Of a DNA stretch of 64,000 bases, positions 12,516-25,308 are shown piece after piece (the first letter of the stretch is position 1; each line of letters opens with the position of its first letter). The notes below the pieces were generated by a model, which was not told the origin of the DNA, did not search any database, and was given only the letters and a program-made list of their open reading frames with translations. Position numbers and translations under genes: made by a program. The stretch comes from Octopus vulgaris (taxonomy: Eukaryota): contig OX597815.1 of assembly GCA_951406725.2 (NCBI GenBank), positions 97,960,001 to 98,024,000 on the forward strand, in the 5' to 3' direction.

Positions 12516-12899
12516 ACTGAACGTTTTTAGAATGTCTACCTCGATAGTCAACGAAGTCGGTTTTTTTTAAATATTAAAACTATTAATTTACGCTCTAAGT
12601 TACAAATAGCTTCATGTTTGACAGAAGCCGCTTCTACTTAAAAAAGAATACGTTTAGCAAAACAAAACAGTTTTTAGTCTAACAAGACAGTTTCCTCTCC
12701 AGCAAAAAGATGAAATGGATTAATAAATGCGTAAGCACAGAAATTGCAGAAAATAAAAATATACTGTTTCATCAAAAATAAAACTGCATAACAGACGATA
12801 CATTTAGGAACAACACGCAGCAACAATCATAAGTGTACTGGGCCAAACGAAATTCTGGCGACGTCTATTGAAACGTCATCTTTCGCAACCGAACTTTCG

Positions 12900-13480
12900 A
12901 ATAACTAAAGTTTGACATCATTCTGTTCACAAAACGGGCACCAACCTTCCACAATATATTCCAGAGTTGTACAAGAGGAAGACATGGCTACCTGTAGGGC
13001 CACAAAAAAAGTCTTTGTCCCATTCAAAGAAAATGCGGAGAAAGCCTAGTGATCACATTAAGTAAAATCTCGTTTATTGGTTGAGGAATTGTGTATGGCC
13101 CCTTAACGCATTTTCTCCCATATTTAAGACACCAGCTCACATTGTACTTGATGCACCTGTCCAAAAACAAGTCCAACATTATTTGAAAAGGAGAAATGTA
13201 AAGGTCACCGGGAAGAGCATCGATAACGAAGTCGACCTCTGGTTCTATTTCACTCTCTTGGCACAGTATTGTCAGGTGGTTACTGCAGACGTATCTTTCA
13301 GGGATCTGTGATCGGGTGGCAGTCGTCATAGACATGCAACACCGCACGGCCTCGCAAGACAGCAAAGTAATACCATCATTGTCCCGTGCTGTTAACGATA
13401 CTGATATAGTAGGACAAAATGAAAAAGAACCCGGTGACATTGCAACACTTTCTTATATAACTGAAATGAAAATGCAAATT
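12900..13480 (-). pseudogene. Cys-rich ORF remnant of unknown origin, possibly the N-terminus of a DNA-transposon protein
   Basis: Non-repetitive 138-aa ORF 13024-13440 preceded by a strong acceptor (ttttcatttcag) 20 nt before the ATG. No catalytic motif is visible. Confidence 0.3.
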
Positions 13481-16042
13481 ATATTGAAAGTGATAGAAAT
13501 AATGATAACTAATAAAAGCAAATAGTAAGTAGTCAATTCAATTGAAAGGCTATTAATTAATTGAAATATTTGACAAAAGCAATTACAGATGTGAAATCAA
13601 AGAAATAAGTCAATTAGTTAATTGTAGCAGTTACAGCAGCTTTAGCAAAATTAGACCCTGCTTGAAAATATAAAAATATTATAATAGCAGAAATAAGAAA
13701 AATGGAGAAGCGGGGAGCCTGAAGGCAGTATTGACTGTACTTTATGGTTGCGAAGCCTGGACGTTGGATGAGGGAAACCTTACGCGAAAGAGAATTGGGA
13801 TGGGGATTCTCTCCAAACCGCGAAACATATTTCTCACGTGCTAAAATTCTCAATTCCACTAAATCATGTGATTTTTGTCATATTACACGACACTGACAGT
13901 CAACTCTAGTGAATATAATTATTCGCGACAATCATCCGAGCAGTAAAAGCTGAGTAGGAAAGCCAGGAATTAGTCGTTCAGTGATGTCAAGGAATAGACA
14001 GCAACAAAGATGGTGGAATGCATCGCACTGACTATAGAAGCAAGAAGGAACAAGTTTGTGTCTGTTTTTTTTCACTTACTGCCTCATTATGGATTTTGAC
14101 TGTAATTGAGTTAACTGACATTTATTGACGTTGAAACGACAAAAGATAAAACGGGATTCGAACGTAAAAGATTCTAACTAATACCCACTAAGTATTTAAT
14201 CCGGTGCTCTACTTATTTTGCCAATACACTATTATTCATTGCAATCCTAATAATAATTGTAAAAAATAAAATTTTATAAAATATAAAAGATACAAAAATC
14301 AATTTTTTTTTCAGTTGGGAAATGAAAAAACAAAAAAATAGAACTTCGATCAATAAGTTCATTATAACTATTGAGGTGAAGAGAATATCTCTTCCTGCTA
14401 TGCACACTGTAAATCTACAAAATTGCACCGAAAATTGATGAATGAGGAATTATTATGTTAAATATAAAGTAAGCATCCTACACCTACGGCTTAATAGAGA
14501 TTAAACTACATTTTAATATGTTTTTTTTTTTTATCACCGCGGAGTAAGATAAATTCTATCTCACAAAACAACTATAAGAAACAATGTAGAGCTTAGCATA
14601 GTTACTTGACTTGCTATACACAGCAACTTAAGCAGAGAAAGAAAGAAGGACGAACTACACCATAAAATATTAGTATATTTAAAACTGAGAACTTAACATT
14701 TCGATTTACAACCACTACCTGCCGTTTACGTAGTTATAGTGGAGTTCACTCAGTTGCAAGCATTCGAGCCAGGTCTCTGACGTGCAGATCAGTTCTTTCT
14801 TCCATCCTAACAGTGACTAGAACCTTGGAAAGTGTTATGGGTGATGCTCTTCTTCTGATTAAGCCACACTAAACATTATTTAAGTAAAACAAAATGTAAC
14901 GAAATAATGTTTGAAATATTTCAGCTCTATAGACATAGCGTTACTTTTACCCAACTATCGCTTTTTTTTTGTTCATCAATCTGTGCCCCTCGGCATATTG
15001 GTCCACCCTCGCCTGCCAAGTGTCAGATAGAATGATTTGTATTAAATGTTTTGACACCTTGTGCCCCGACTTCAAATCTTGCTCATGTCAACTTTGTCTT
15101 TCATCATTTCGGAGTCGTTAAATAAAGTACCTGTCCTGCACTCGGATTGTTTTTCTATTTTCTTTATTTTGGAAGGAATCATCTGTGAATAGACGTAGAG
15201 AGGTATGATTTCCACCAAGTCTAAAAATGCCCAAGATATCAAATATCACAACGACACCTCGACGTTTTCACTAGAGAAATGCGAGTCCAAGAAAAGGCAA
15301 GACGAGAAGTGTTTGCTAACTCTGAACCCAACTCCCTCTTAAGGCTTGAAGGAAGATTATGCTATAAAGGATCCCTCCAGAATACACTTAAGGTGCAACG
15401 TAGTCTCCTCTGAATGAATGATATTAAATCGATTCTAAGCAATATATTTCTGATACTTTATTTTCCATCATTGGAGGGACAAAAGGTTGAGTTGACTTCG
15501 GCGAGATTTGATCAGAGCTGGAACAATTACAATCAGAATGCTGGCTTTCAATCTTTTTGAGTTCGTGGGGTACTGCATACGAAACAAAAACATTATGAGC
15601 GCAATTTTCATGGAAAGCTTTTCGAAAATTGGTTTCTTAGTTAAACATTTAGACGCAAAAATGAAAACTGTTGCTTTTATGTTTTATTAATCATTCTTGT
15701 GTACAGCAAAAGCTACGAATAACAGGTTTTTCAACTCACTCAGCAGTAATATGGATTTTCTATAGCCTTGAATTACATATTTAAAAATCTGCAGTGCATC
15801 TCGATACCCCTCACAGTGCGCCTTTTGAGATCACTATTTTAAATATTGAATAAAAAAATATAACAGGAAGTCATTCTGTAGAAACACAAATGAGAATGTA
15901 GTACAGTTGAATGTTTCCATATATTTAGTCACAAACCCAATCAGCATCTCTTTCTTTCTTTCTTTCTCTCTCTGTCTCTGTCTCTGTTTCTCTCACTTTC
16001 TCTCACTTTTTCATTGCTTACTCTCTCACACTGTCTCTCATT

Positions 16043-16076
<34 letters not shown>

Positions 16077-16129
16077 CGCTTTCTCTAAGCACCACCTATA
16101 AAAATATATGTAAACAAACTAAAAGCGAC

Positions 16130-16521
<392 letters not shown>

Positions 16522-16717
16522 GGATGTAGGGGAGGAGGGGGAGTGAACAAATAGTATTCAGAGTAAAATATATAGCACAGCTCCTTCTCTGGCACAAGCA
16601 ATACAGCACCACTGCTAAAGTTACATGTTATGACTAAGCTTTTGACATGCGTCATATTTACTGTTTTTATTTTTTTTTGTGTTATTATTATTATTATTAT
16701 TGAAATTTTTTTTTCAG

Positions 16718-16845
16718 AGAAAACACCCTGCCGCCTGATATGTGAAAACACGCTATATCCCATTCAGAAATCATTTGGGACTGTTCTTGATGGTACATAT
16801 TGTTACAGACAAGGCACAGATATGTGCGTACATGGTGAATGTAAG
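16718..16845 (+). CDS. ADAMTSL5: ADAMTSL exon: cysteine-rich domain (EKTPCRLICENTLYPIQKSFGTVLDGTYCYRQGTDMCVHGECK)
   Basis: Acceptor tttttttcag|AG, donor AAG|gtagat; 128 nt, phase 1 to 0. Contains PC-x-L-x-C, V-x-DGT-x-C and CV-x-G-x-C motifs. Confidence 0.95.
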
Positions 16846-17546
16846 GTAGATATTTATTTCTGCTACTCATAAACTGTGGCTACTTGTGATCTATATAGAA
16901 AACAATTCGATCAAAGGTATAATGCGATGTAATTAGCAACATGCAGTTTCAGACTTCACCCTTCAGTTGACAGTGAGGAACAGAGAAACAGGTGTAGTAT
17001 CCCTTGGACGAGAGCTGGGTAAATAGATTACATGCTAGATCATTACACTTCTCACGGTATTTGAACTTGTCCGACTCGCGTATTAGATGTTATATTGATT
17101 GACGGTGGCCGATGCGAACCATCGTGCATTTCTTGGTTTGATCCTATCTTACTAAGTTGCGTGACATTGAGAGAGTTCCTATATGGTCGTCAGTTAGCCT
17201 GCTTGAAATAACAATCAAATACTTATTGAATCACGCCTTAATATCCGTATATAACAAAGAACATTTCGAATAATATAGAATCTGAAGTAAAACCCAGTAT
17301 TTATTCTATCAATCTTTTTTGCCGAACCACTGAATTACGGGTACATAAACACACCAATAACGTTTGTCAAGCGGTGGTGGAGGAAAAACAGAGACACGTG
17401 TATGTTTAAAATATTTTTTATAGCCAAGACTGTGTAAGTTATGGAATATTAATTATACAGGTTGACGGTTAGTACTATTGCAACTCTACTCTGTGTGTGT
17501 GTGTATGTGTATGTGTGTGCGCGTGTGTGCATGTGTGCGTGTGGGG

Positions 17547-17860
17547 GTGAAGTCTCATGGCCCAGTGGTTAGAGCGTCGGGCTCACAATCATGAGGTAGT
17601 GAGTTCGATTCCCGGACCGGGCTGTTTGCTTTGTTCTATTTCACTTATTCCAGTTCACTAATATGTAGAAATGAGCTGCAACATTACTGGTGCCAAGCTC
17701 TATCGGCCTTTACTTTCCCTTGGGTAACATCGATGGCGTGGAGTGAAGAGGTTGATATTTATGGACGGCTGCAGGTCTTCCATAAACAACTTTGTCCAGA
17801 CGTGTTCCCCGAAGGGTTACTTCCTAAAAGCAATCCCAATGTCATTCCTGACCGAAGATG
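17547..17860 (+). mobile_element. tRNA-derived SINE (same family as 3370-3705)
   Basis: TGGCCCAGTGGTTAGAGC A box, GAGTTCGATTCC B box; body homologous to the reverse complement of 3370-3705. Confidence 0.88.
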
Positions 17861-18187
17861 ATATCTTTCTCTCTCCCTATGTATATATATGTATATATAT
17901 ATGTTCTTTTCTCTTCTCTTCTTTCATTTTATGCATTTCTCTTCACCCTTATGAAGCTCCATGTACTAGATTGGTTGTGCTATAGAATAACACGAATATT
18001 ATTCACAGAATTTTCTTTGGCAGCACTGACGGATATTAGAAGCAGAAACAGCTGTTAAAACGGATAAGGTATTTTATTAAAAAATAGTAATCGATGGTAG
18101 TCACTTTGTTGATCAAGAACTTTTCTCCATTTTCCGTTTAACTTAAATTTACACACAAACATATGCACTCTCACACACACGCACACA

Positions 18188-18238
<51 letters not shown>

Positions 18239-18784
18239 ACACACACACACATACTCAAGGTAATGTACAGTGGTTTATTACCCATCTTTTCTTACATTAA
18301 TTCAGCCAGCTCGTGCTACTTATTAAATATCTCCGTTAATTAGAGTAGTATGGCAATAGAATAGAACTAATAGCGTCGAGCAAGGTGACTAGCAGAGTTT
18401 GGAGTCTTATGAAAATAGAGTGGTATGAAAATAGAATAGAAAATAGACAGTATCGCACATATTTGTTGAGACGTATAGGTCATTAAGGAAGAGTGTGATT
18501 ATTTTCCTTCAACAATAAATATTTTTGATTTTTTTAAGTATATCGCCTTTTCTGCCTAGCCAGGGATCAACTCTAATCAAGCAACCGTATAATCAAAAAC
18601 ATTCCAGCAAAAAATAACCTGCCTCTTATAGGGCAGCTACGACGACATTAATTAATCATAAAATTTGGTATACACAGTACCGGCTGAGAGCCTGGTAGGA
18701 ATAAAATAGTTACTAATACCTACAAGCACTCTTTGATATTGTAACACTATACCAGGATTTCTTTGATTCGTTTTTCTGTTTTTA

Positions 18785-19162
18785 GACGCAGGCGCGTGGT
18801 TGTGTGGCAAGAAGCTTGCTACCCAACCACATGGTTCCAGGATCGGTCCCACTACGTGGCATCTTGGGCAAGTGCCTTCTATTATACCCTCAGGTCAAAC
18901 AAGACCTTGCCAGCGGATATTTTTAGACGGCAACTGGAAGAAGCCTGTCGTATCTATTTATCTATCTATCTCTCTTTCCCCCCCCCTCTCTCTCTCTATA
19001 TATATGATAAAGATAAGGAAATATTTTATTCTCCAACGCAGAATAATTTTGCTAAAACAGCAAGAACAGGATAATCTATGCATATTTTGCGGAAACATTT
19101 GTGAACATTCAGCCATGAGACTTGAACTCACATCTCTGTGGTTACCGGTCAAGTGCTTTATG

Positions 19163-19205
<43 letters not shown>

Positions 19206-19425
19206 CTATGCACGCATATGTGTGTGTATGTATATGTGTGTGCGTATGTGTGTGTGTATTCACCACCATCGTTTGACAACAGGTAAATTAGCGGTTCGAC
19301 AAAAGAGACCGATAGAATAAGTACCAGGTTTTATAAAATAAGCAATGGAGTCGATTTGTTTGAATAAACCCCTCCAGGCTGGTGCCCCAGCATGGTCGCA
19401 GTCTAATGACTGAAACAAGAAAAGA
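18785..19425 (+). mobile_element. tRNA-derived SINE (GCAGGCGTGGCTGTGTGGTAAG family) with a nested insert (~19005-19160) and microsatellites
   Basis: Homologous to 53527-53930 (+) and 50795-51133 (-). Confidence 0.8.
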
Positions 19426-20019
19426 AATTACTAAGGCGCCAATTGTGGGATATTTGGGCTGTTATTTCTAGCAAGCCGACAGGCTATGAAAAGACCTTAT
19501 CTATTTTTAAATAAATGTGAGTGTGATTCTGAACGCTACTTGTGTTTCCTCTGCCAGTGCATTGTAAATTGAATCAATATTATAAATTTGTTCATCGTCT
19601 CATGGGAGATTTTCTTTCCCCCAGGCAAATAGTTTTGTGAAACTTTACCTTCCTCACTAATACAGATCTAATGTATACAGATCTAATGTATACAGCTAAT
19701 GTCGTTGACAGAAACTGCGTGTGTTTCCTGTTATTGCGTTGCGTTTTTCGTATATGAGATTTGCGTGGCTTAATGGTTTGGAAGCGTCGTAGATTTGAAT
19801 CCCGGTTCGAGACGCGTTGTGTACATAAGCAAGGTATTCCTTCTCGTTGCTCAAGTCCAAGCAGCTGAAAATATGCACGTGCAGCAACCGGAAGTTTAGC
19901 TCCGCGACGGATTGGCATCCCGTTCTGTGGCATGAGAAGTGTGATCCTTATACATCATGAAAACCTACATAAACTTCGGCCTGTAGGCTCTGCTTGATCT
20001 AATTATTTTTTACCTACCT

Positions 20020-20085
20020 AGATACTACATATTTATCTACCTACCTACCTAGCTACCTACCTACCTATATACATACATACATACC

Positions 20086-20164
<79 letters not shown>

Positions 20165-20185
20165 CATACATATATATATATACAG

Positions 20186-20248
<63 letters not shown>

Positions 20249-20280
20249 TATATATATATATATCTATATATATATATGTA
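20020..20280. repeat. Compound tetra/dinucleotide microsatellite (CCTA/CATA/TCTA/TA)
   Basis: Directly visible. Confidence 0.97.
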
Positions 20281-21004
20281 AGCAATTTTAAATCTCTGAG
20301 CGAGAATTAAACAGTAGCAGCACGAAATCATGAAGTATATTTACCAACTAAATGTAGCGGTCCCATAGAGGACGATGCTTGTGTTGTCTTTAGTCCCAGG
20401 GGGACGTCTCCCCTGGCTGGCTAACGACATACTGTGTCTGAATATATATATATTGGAAACAATGCCATTTTATTCCATACAGGTACAAAATGGAATTGAA
20501 AATACACTAAGTGCCTTCTTAACCTGTTTCACGGTTTTATTATGATTTTAGAAAGTTAAGTGAGATAGAAAGGCTTGAGACAATGCTGCAGCTATCTTGC
20601 TTCTGAATGTAGTTCGAAAATTCTCTTGTTTATATAGAGAGAACAGGTCAAATTAATATATGTCTAGGATACAATTTAGTTGGCACAATTTGAATGATAA
20701 CGTGATTAGGTTTATACATTTTGTAAGTTTCTCGCTATATCTCTGCGTTAATGTTATGTTAATGTTTTGTGTAAAAGGTTATGATTGACATGATTGAGTG
20801 AACTTTTCTAAGTTTAATTACGTGACCCCTGTCTGCCAAACATATTGTTTCCTAAATAGATACCACTTTGAGCTATATTCTCTCCAAAAATACATAAGAT
20901 TGTTCGATCTCCAGTCAGAAGCAAGGCAGTTGCTGCATAACCCTTTCTATCTTACTTAACTTCTGAAAATCAGAAAATTCCCTGAAACCGGTTAAGCCTT
21001 TAAA

Positions 21005-21977
21005 ACCAAAACCATCTAAATGACTGCTGGAAGGCCATATGTGGGGCAGCAGGTTTCGGTTCCTTTCCATACAGTTGTCTGAGAAGTTCTACGACTTCAC
21101 CAACCTAATTTGTGGCCTTCTTATTCCTCTGATTGTAATCCTATAGGTTACTGTGTCGGGATACATTTGAGAAAGGCACTAACTGCTCTGCCTGCAACAC
21201 GAAGATGTTCCCAGGGACACAGTAAGGAATCTATACCCCAGGTTCCAAAGATGTGTTGGGGCCGTAATGGGAAGTCGAGGAGTTACCTTGAATAAACTGT
21301 TATCTTCCAACCATAATCTAGTTTATATTTCAAAAGCTACCCGTAGTTCTGCGTACTGTGCAAATAGTTCTGGCAGAAGTTTTTCATCTAAGAACCAGAT
21401 CATCTCCGAGTCCAGAGGATGCCTCAGCTTGTTCAAAAGTTTCTTTGCTTTCACCAAATATTTTTCTTTAGCCGCTGTCTGCCAGAATATCATTATTTGT
21501 CCTTTGCTCTTCTTGTTCGAGTGGTAGCAAAGGTCCTCACTCAGGACAGCTTGATCGTAGCGGCTGTCCCTATCTCCAAAGCCAGGATTCCCTTGCTCGA
21601 CTTCCATCACCTTGCCCTACAATTGTTGGATCAACTCCGGTGTGCGGACGCAGTCAGAGCGCTTCCTGCATGCCATGGCTTCGTAGTCTCCGTTGCATTT
21701 GTCTATATCACGTCTTAAGCCAATGCGGCATTTACAGAGCATTGAGCAGTAGTCATGATATCGGCATTTTCACACCGAGTGCGAATCATCATGATACAAA
21801 TAACGCTTTCCCAGAAAAAAAGTTTTTTTATATCTTCCAGTACTTCATGTCAGCTAACTTTCTCTCAACTACAACTTTAATGTTTATACTCTCCAACGCT
21901 ATTGGCTATTCACCAATACGTCAAGCTGTTCCTGAAAAAGGAGACAAAAAATCGCTAAATTTTCACCAAACACCCTG
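21005..21977 (-). mobile_element. Rearranged Tc1/mariner-superfamily (DD37D/maT-like) transposon remnant
   Basis: Minus strand: TIR CAGGGTGTTTGGTGAAAATTTAGCG at 21977, then LSEDLCY.S..K..AKKLLNKLRHP..IWFLDEK. Plus strand 21005-21295: GRPYV.QQ.S.P.H..WPSYSSDCNP.GYCV (WPPNSPDCNP-type motif). Confidence 0.8.
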
Positions 21978-22010
21978 CATATACATACATACATACATAC
22001 ATACATACAT

Positions 22011-22044
<34 letters not shown>

Positions 22045-22888
22045 TGACATATATATAGCACTCACGCACACGCAAAGACGCACCTGCGCTCACACATACA
22101 CATACATACATAGGTACATACATACATACATATCGATATATACATACATATACATTTATATCGCTATTTTTTCTCTTTTTTCACATAAGGAGATACATTG
22201 AGCTTTCGATAGAATTTCATTTGAAATTGAACGAATTATATTGAATGTAATGTATATGGAATCCTTTGTATAATTCGAAAATCGCATTAAAATAAGCGCT
22301 AAACTAATTCTTGTGTGTGCGTGTGTGTGTGTGTGTGCGAGTGTGTATGTGTGCGTGTGTGTGTGTGTTGTGTGTTTGCTATAAACTAATAGACTAATAG
22401 TTTATTAATGTTTCCAATTATATAAGCTTCAATACATCTTCGAGAAACAAAGTAGGTTGGAAAATATTTTTAAATTAAGAGAAGAAAACCAATGTACTGA
22501 TAAAATAGAGAGAAAAAATACTGTGAGGGATAAATGACTACAGTGAATATTGGTTTTTGATATTTTTAGGGTAAGTTAGAATGAAACGGAAAAAGACGAC
22601 GCACGGAGGTTAGAACACATGTGTCTATACGAACGGGAATGAAATGTGATAAGTACTTTCCTTTGACATGAAGAGTGATGGTAGAAAAAGGAATGAAAGC
22701 TTTAGAGTTAATATGACCGAGTGAAAGTTGAGCGAGTAGTTGACATGGTAACAAGAGAAAGAAGTAGGGAGTATGATATTTAGAATGATGGATAGCAACA
22801 GAGACGAGTTAAGTACAGAATTATAGATGTACGATAACTTGAGAACCAGGAAATGTGCAGGGATCCCCGTGAGAGAAAGAGAAAAAGC

Positions 22889-22935
<47 letters not shown>

Positions 22936-23097
22936 GATATATAATTAAAAAGGGTAATAGAAGGAAAGTAGAATAAAAAAGCAGAAATAAGGCAGTAATG
23001 CAGAGAATAAAACAGGGAATAGAAAAGATTACGATATAATATGCAGTGAATAAAGGGACAGTTTAAAAGAGAAAGAGAAACATGAAATATAAAGAGA

Positions 23098-24552
23098 CTA
23101 GCACTATGACCCGTCGTTGCCGGGTCTAGTGCTAGTGCTTGTTGCTCGTTGCCGGGTCGCAGTAAAAATTTCTCACTAAATCAAGGGCTAAGTTTCTTAT
23201 CACATTTCAGCCCGGGCCAGTTTTGTTGTTTATGAGCTAGCTGGAGCTTTTTATGAGAGTAATTAATATTCATTGCACTTCAGTTTTCACACCTGGAACG
23301 GCATAATCATGGAAAATTAGCGGGACTGTGCCCATGTCCTTAGTCGGACAAAAAAGGAGGCAGAAGAAATCGAAAATCTCGAATTTGGCCGCAAAATAGC
23401 ATGATTTTGAAAATACACATAATTTCTCGTTTGTTGAGTTTTGGTTTCACACCCAACCCAGTTCTGCGCAATCAGTGTCGCGACGGGAAGGCATGGGCTG
23501 GGACTTTGACTGACAGAGGTGATCATGTTGCACATGCCAACCCTTTTGACACCAAACTCCTCGCCTAACCCCCTCGTCCTATGAGTAAATAACAATGGTG
23601 GGAAGAAAAATACTGATTCCGGCGAAAAAGCAGAGCATTTAGAGCACAAAAGCAGTATTGAAAGTGATTTTATGAGTATGACGCATTGAAGCAAGTCACA
23701 CGGTAAAGTCAATAGTTCATGACGCATAGAAGCATTCAAGATATCAAGGTTAACTAAGGTATATTAACTAAGGCTAATTGGGCTCCCGATCCACTGAAAC
23801 GGAGGAGGTTAGGTTCGGAACACAACTAAGCCTTCAACTAAAACCTAGACTAACATTACAGAAGGGGGAACAGGAGGCTCTAATAGGCAGCTTCTAATCC
23901 CAATCTATCACTAACCCATCCTAGGGGTTCTAAATGACATGGCTGTAGAGGAAATTGACTGTGGAGATGTGCATGGCGGGTTTGTTTCGGAGGAGGATGA
24001 CTGCATTGGATTAAGGACCACTGAAGAATGTAGCTTTGGAAATCCGCATTAGCGAAACTTACCAAAACTTACCGACAACCTTCACAAAAAGGGATCTAGT
24101 CCTTTAACCTAACTTAATAAACATCTGACAAGGTGAGAATTGTTTTCGTTGAGGATAGCATTGGTATACCAATGCATTTATAAATGCTTATCCAAAATCT
24201 CGTTGTAAACAATATTGCGGGTTTTACCCCCAGGGGCATATACAAACAGGGCATTCCTACTTCCAACGCGAGAGCAAGCAACATAAAGTTGCCCGTGTGA
24301 AAACCAGGGCTCGCCCAGATGTATTCTCGCGACTGAGAGTGTCTGTCCCTGCGATTTGTTAATTGACATCGCTTAATGGCTTTCTGGGGTGACTAGGGAA
24401 ATGAAAAAATCTTCACGACAACCCTCAGACAGTTTTGAAAGCCCATAGAAAATGCGAGCCTTTTACGTGAAAAACTGTGGATTTGTATAAAGGACACACA
24501 GTTGCACAAACACACAGATACACAGATATTTTGCCGTTTATAGATAGAAAGA
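23098..24552 (-). mobile_element. Non-autonomous Helitron (~1.45 kb) with Pif1-helicase C-terminal fragment
   Basis: Minus strand begins A|TCTTTCTATC and ends GACCCG-gcaacga-CGGGTC-atagtg-CTAG|T (hairpin + CTAG, AT target, no TSD). Internal ORF 24178-24369 has helicase motifs. Confidence 0.92.
24178..24372 (-). pseudogene. Helitron Rep/Hel Pif1-like helicase C-terminal fragment
   Basis: AMSINKSQGQTL..FSHGQLYVACSRV..KTRNIVYNEIL: SF1B helicase motifs V/VI and the typical Helitron C-terminus. Confidence 0.92.
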
Positions 24553-25308
24553 TATTGGAAGAGAAGGGTTAGGATCTGGAAATTTTAGAATGAAATGATA
24601 AAGGAGGAGTCAATAAGACTAAAAGTCAAATGAATAGAGTCAGAAGAAATATGAGAGAAGAGAATGGGAAAGTAACTCAAGGTAGATCTTGAAGAGAGAG
24701 GGTGTGTCATTGATTAAGTCATGAATAGTGACGATAGGACGATAGGATATTTTAACCAACACACTATACAAACTATCGATGAGTTAGTTGGTTAAATATT
24801 TTACTGATTGACTAACAATAAAATATTGAATTTGAACCAGTGCATGTATTTATTATCATTGGTGTAATGGCCCACCCACGACACAATTAAGAAATTTTAT
24901 TACATTTCTCATAGTAAATACGGCAGAACGATGGACGACATGACGACATAACAATGAATAAAACGATTGCCCGTAAAGAGATATCCTCTCTCCTTGCGTT
25001 CAGATTTGAAAATAACTTCTATATTTCTTCAGTTGTTGCTGTTGTGATTTAAAGCCAAATCATTCGTAAGTGTGCCTATTTATGATTAGAAGCATTCCAT
25101 GCATCAGTGAACATTCCAAAGTTTCTTTTGGTAATATCTAGAAATCCATTACCTAATGTGATTTTTCGATTATTTAAGGAAGTAAAGTGTGGTGGTTTAA
25201 AGAAACTTTAGCAATAATTTCTAACAGCTCCAGCAATCAAGTAGGGTCTTTGTGATTTGCTCTTTCCAAGGTTAATAAACAAAGTTTTAATATATTTAAT
25301 GTAGTTAA

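Noticed and set aside
18652-18790. Minus-strand NQRNPGIVLQY, resembling the missing spacer-terminal NPG..Y motif
   Set aside because: Wrong strand and position, no pyrimidine tract, and it abuts a SINE head; most likely coincidence.
22566-23095. Purine-rich flanks of the Helitron, possibly an old CR1/L2-type LINE on minus
   Set aside because: Too decayed to show a diagnostic motif by eye.
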